The position numbers and the translations under genes are program-made. Shown piece by piece: positions 60,388-64,000 of a stretch of DNA of 64,000 nt. The notes under the pieces were generated by a model. The model was not told the origin of the DNA. It ran no database searches and saw only the letters and a program-made list of their open reading frames with translations. Within the stretch, counting starts at the first letter, position 1; every line of letters starts with the position of its first letter. Where the stretch lies: the NCBI GenBank assembly GCA_051879195.1, contig JBJELO010000208.1:20007-84006 (forward strand), given 5' to 3'. The stretch comes from Lachnospiraceae bacterium. Lineage in GTDB: Bacteria; Bacillota; Clostridia; Lachnospirales; Lachnospiraceae.

Positions 60388-61458
60388 ATGGCGAATCATA
60401 AAGGAACAAAGAAATTGAACACTGTCAGGATTGTGCTGATCGTGCTGGTGATTCTGGCAGGTGTCACCGTATTTGTGCTGTCCCTGTCAAAGCCGGAGAA
60501 GGATGTGGATCCCGATTTTGATATTACCATTCAGACCGAATCCGATGAGAATCAGACAGAGGAGTACGGGGATCTGGAGGATGAATCCAGATCGGACAGC
60601 CCCATCAGCGAACTGGAATCGCTGGATGTGGCTGTATTCAAGGATACCGACTGGGTACATTATCTGCTGATCGGTCTCGATAACCGCAAGGATACCTTTG
60701 AAGGCGGACGAAGCGATGCGCTGATGATCTTTTCCGTCAATGATAAAGACGGCCGAATCGTACTGTCTTCCATGCCACGTGATACCATGGTGTACATCAA
60801 TGGCAAAGGCTATGACAAGATTACACATACCTATGCGTATGGCAGGGCAAAGCTTCTTGTGGAAACGGTTGAAAGGAACTTTGATATCGATATCCGCCAT
60901 TACTTTACCATCAATTTTGCAGGGATGGAAAAGGTAGTCGACGCACTGGGCGGTGTCCCCATGGAACTGACACAGGCGGAAAGCGATCATATGCTCAGTT
61001 TCTTTGAAGTAGGCGGTACAACGGCGGGCATGAATAACCTGACCGGCAAACAGGCTCTGACTTACTGCCGGATCCGTAAGATCGACAGTGATTTTGCCCG
61101 CACAGAACGGCAGTACAAGGTTCTGCTGGCGATCTATGATAAAGTGAAAGCCATGTCTCCTGTGAAATATCCCAGTCTGATCACCGCCATGTATGATTAT
61201 TTCTATACAGACTGTACGGTTGCGGAATGTATTGATATCGCTCAGGCGCTCATGTCGCTTGGTGCGGATTCCATCGAGAATGTGAAGCTGATCACCGAAG
61301 AAAGCGGTACAGGGCGCAAGATCAACGGTACCTACTATTTCCTCGTCAATGACATGGAGGAAACCATGAAACAGTGGCGGGAATATATGGGTGTCACCAA
61401 TTATACACCGTCTGAAGGAATGGTGGATATTTCCGATTATCTGAAATATAATTATTAG
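60388..61458 (+). CDS. LCP (LytR-CpsA-Psr) family protein
   Basis: LLIGLD, RSDALM, SMPRD, YCRIR..DSDF.R..RQ. Confidence 0.92.
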   Translation: MANHKGTKKLNTVRIVLIVLVILAGVTVFVLSLSKPEKDVDPDFDITIQTESDENQTEEYGDLEDESRSDSPISELESLDVAVFKDTDWVHYLLIGLDNRKDTFEGGRSDALMIFSVNDKDGRIVLSSMPRDTMVYINGKGYDKITHTYAYGRAKLLVETVERNFDIDIRHYFTINFAGMEKVVDALGGVPMELTQAESDHMLSFFEVGGTTAGMNNLTGKQALTYCRIRKIDSDFARTERQYKVLLAIYDKVKAMSPVKYPSLITAMYDYFYTDCTVAECIDIAQALMSLGADSIENVKLITEESGTGRKINGTYYFLVNDMEETMKQWREYMGVTNYTPSEGMVDISDYLKYNY

Positions 61459-61463
61459 TAGCT

Positions 61464-61478
61464 GCTCTGAACAGTTAC
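61464..61478. repeat. Solo end of the REP/MITE-like element
   Basis: GCTCTGAACAGTTAC just after a stop codon. Confidence 0.6.
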
Positions 61479-61569
61479 AGGTACGAATGGGGGCGAAAGC
61501 CCCCATTTTGTTTGTCTGCGTCCGGTAGGGGAGACACATGAACGATTAACAATAATGGAGGAATATAGT

Positions 61570-62286
61570 ATGACACAGGTTTGGGGACACAGAGGTGCAT
61601 CAGGGTATGCACCGGAGAATACGCTGGATGCTTTTGCTCTGGCTCTGGAGCAGGGAGCCGATGGAATTGAGCTGGATGTGCAGCTGACGAAAGATGGGGA
61701 ACTGGTGGTCATTCATGATGAGCGAATTGACCGAACCGGCAGCGGCAGCGGTTTTGTCAGGGATTATACGCTGGCAGAGCTGAAAAAGCTGGAGTTTAAC
61801 AGAACGATACCGGGATATAAGTCAGTGACGCTTCCTACATTAAAGGAAGTATACGAATTGTTTCAGAATAATCAGAAGAAAATCAATGTGGAAATTAAGA
61901 CCGGCATTTTCTTTTACCCGGGAATTGAAGATAAAGTGCTGGAACTGACTGCTTACATGGGAATGGAGGAACGGGTAATCTATTCTTCGTTCAATCATCA
62001 GACCATGGTCAACATAAAAAAGATGAATCCGAAGACTGTCTGCGGCCTGTTGTATTCAGACGGTTATCTGCACATGGACAGATACTGCCGGGAAGTGGGC
62101 ATGGATGCCCTGCATCCGGAACTTTATAATCTGCAATATGAAGGATTTCGGGAAGCATGCAGGCAGAAAAAGATTCCGCTGCATGTATGGACGGTCAATG
62201 AACCGGAGCATATCCGTCTGATGTATGATATGCAGGTGGAAGCAATCATCACAAATTATCCCGACCGGGCACTGGAGATGAGATAA
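61570..62286 (+). CDS. Glycerophosphodiester phosphodiesterase
   Basis: GHRGASGYAPENT, IELDV, HD, NVEIK, WTVN, ITNYP. Confidence 0.93.
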   Translation: MTQVWGHRGASGYAPENTLDAFALALEQGADGIELDVQLTKDGELVVIHDERIDRTGSGSGFVRDYTLAELKKLEFNRTIPGYKSVTLPTLKEVYELFQNNQKKINVEIKTGIFFYPGIEDKVLELTAYMGMEERVIYSSFNHQTMVNIKKMNPKTVCGLLYSDGYLHMDRYCREVGMDALHPELYNLQYEGFREACRQKKIPLHVWTVNEPEHIRLMYDMQVEAIITNYPDRALEMR

Positions 62287-62523
62287 CAATCCGGTTCAGG
62301 GAATACAGAGACTGCCATGGAGTCTTTAGAAACAAAACCGAAATCACTATATTCGTTTACAAAAAAAAAGGGTTGTGCTATATTATAGATTGGTTAGTTA
62401 TTATCTTTGACAGATACATGGAGTTATAAGAAGCGTCTGTCAAAAGACTGCAATCTGCCGGAATGTGGTATCAATGCCGGTTCTGTATCCGACAGACAGA
62501 ATTTATTTATAGGAGATATAGCC

Positions 62524-63873
62524 ATGGGTAAATATTTTGGTACAGATGGTTTCCGCGGAGAAGCCAATGTGGATTTAACAGTGGAACATGCATATAAAGT
62601 AGGTCGTTTCCTGGGATGGTATTTTGGTCAGGAACATAAATGCAAGGTGGTAATCGGTAAGGATACGAGAAGAAGCAGTTACATGTTTGAGTATGCGCTG
62701 GCTTCCGGTCTGACAGCTTCCGGTGCGGATGCATATCTGCTTCATGTTACGACAACTCCCAGTGTTTCCTATGTGGTAAGAACGGAGGATTTTGACTGCG
62801 GTATCATGATTTCCGCCAGCCATAACCCCTACTATGACAACGGAATCAAGCTGCTGAACGGTGCAGGCGAGAAGATGTCGGAGGATGTAATCGAAAAGAT
62901 TGAAGCTTATCTGGACGGCGAGATGGGAGAGATTCCTTTTGCAGTGAAGGATGCCATCGGATGCACCACCGACTATGTCATGGGCAGAAACCGCTATATG
63001 GGCTATCTGATCAGCCTGGCAACCCGTTCTTTTAAGGGAATCCGTGTGGGACTTGACTGCTCCAACGGCAGCGCCTGGTCCATGGCCAAGAGTATTTTCG
63101 ATGCGCTGGGTGCAAAAACATACGTAATCAACAATGAGCCTGACGGAACCAATATCAATATGAACTGCGGCTCTACACATATTGAAGTTCTCCAGAAGTA
63201 TGTAAGGGAAAATCATCTGGATGTGGGCTTTGCCTACGACGGAGATGCAGACCGCTGTCTGGCTGTGGATGAGAACGGACGGGTCGTTGACGGAGATCTG
63301 ATCCTGTATGTCTGCGGCAAATATATGAAGGAAAGCGGACAGCTGGATACCAATACGGTTGTCACGACCATCATGTCCAACATCGGCCTTTACAAAGCAT
63401 TTGATGAGATCGGCATTTCCTATGAGAAGACCAATGTGGGAGATAAATATGTATACGAGAATATGGCGGAAAACGGTCATCGCCTTGGCGGAGAGCAGTC
63501 CGGCCATATCATTTTCAGCAAATATGCCAACACCGGTGACGGTATCCTGACATCTCTGAAGATCATGGAAGTGATGCTGGAGAAGAAACAGAGCTTGGGC
63601 AAGCTGACGGAGGAAGTGGAGATCTATCCTCAGGTACTGAAAAATATCCGCGTCAAGAGCAAGCCGGCTGCCAGACAGGATGAGGATGTGATTGCTGCCA
63701 TTGCAGAGGCGGAAGCACAGCTTTGCGGCGATGGCCGGATTCTGGTGCGTGAAAGCGGTACAGAGCCGGTGATCCGTGTTATGGCGGAAGCAAAAACAAC
63801 AGAATTATGCAATCAGGTGGTGGATCAGATCATCGAAGTAATCCGCAAAAAAGGCCACACCGCTGAGGCATAA
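62524..63873 (+). CDS. glmM: Phosphoglucosamine mutase
   Basis: [41 protein letters not shown]. Confidence 0.96.
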   Translation: MGKYFGTDGFRGEANVDLTVEHAYKVGRFLGWYFGQEHKCKVVIGKDTRRSSYMFEYALASGLTASGADAYLLHVTTTPSVSYVVRTEDFDCGIMISASHNPYYDNGIKLLNGAGEKMSEDVIEKIEAYLDGEMGEIPFAVKDAIGCTTDYVMGRNRYMGYLISLATRSFKGIRVGLDCSNGSAWSMAKSIFDALGAKTYVINNEPDGTNINMNCGSTHIEVLQKYVRENHLDVGFAYDGDADRCLAVDENGRVVDGDLILYVCGKYMKESGQLDTNTVVTTIMSNIGLYKAFDEIGISYEKTNVGDKYVYENMAENGHRLGGEQSGHIIFSKYANTGDGILTSLKIMEVMLEKKQSLGKLTEEVEIYPQVLKNIRVKSKPAARQDEDVIAAIAEAEAQLCGDGRILVRESGTEPVIRVMAEAKTTELCNQVVDQIIEVIRKKGHTAEA

Positions 63874-63886
63874 GAGAGGAGAACCA

Positions 63887-64000
63887 ATGAAACCCTGGGA
63901 GAAAAATATACGTCAGGTGGAGCCCTATGTACCCGGCGAGCAGCCGAAAGACACCAATGTAGTCAAACTGAATACCAATGAGAATCCCTATCCTCCGGCT
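63887..64000 (+). CDS. hisC: Histidinol-phosphate aminotransferase (5' partial)
   Basis: PYVPGEQP...[11 protein letters not shown]; AGGAG RBS. Confidence 0.85.
   Translation, partial: MKPWEKNIRQVEPYVPGEQPKDTNVVKLNTNENPYPPA

Noticed and set aside
62405-62520. Hairpin upstream of glmM as a glmS ribozyme
   Set aside because: Lacks the AGCGCC...GACGAGG core; only a 9-bp stem.

Overview
A 64 kb bacterial chromosome segment, mostly encoded on the + strand. Gene content, sigma-A promoters and a T-box point to a Clostridia/Lachnospiraceae-like Firmicute (inferred). Housekeeping and metabolic genes: def, purC, thrS (with a Thr T-box), map, nth, pssA-psd, a metY-like sulfhydrylase, glmM and the start of hisC. 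Accessory blocks: a two-component system with a MacB/FtsX ABC, several regulator-efflux pairs (LacI-MATE, MarR-MATE, TetR), an eroded EbgA-like beta-galactosidase locus, O2-defence proteins (rubredoxin, rubrerythrin, class D flavodiiron protein) and a cysteine/methionine ABC-LysR-metY cluster. No rRNA, tRNA, CRISPR array, integrase or transposase was seen. Most notable: (1) a candidate antisense-RNA-controlled attenuator (~360-540) upstream of an orphan ORF; (2) a dispersed ~85 bp REP/MITE-like element family with GT(A/T)ACTGTTCAG ends, about 10 intergenic copies; (3) a decaying defence-like islet (PD-(D/E)XK remnant, intact RloA/AbiLi ATPase, doubly deleted RloB, truncated RecG-C/HTH gene); (4) a TauE transporter fused to a phytol/dolichol-kinase domain; (5) a shared CCTA-N9-TAGG operator at sulfur-amino-acid promoters; (6) at least six genes eroded by deletions. 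All family assignments come from motif recognition by eye; no database searches were run.
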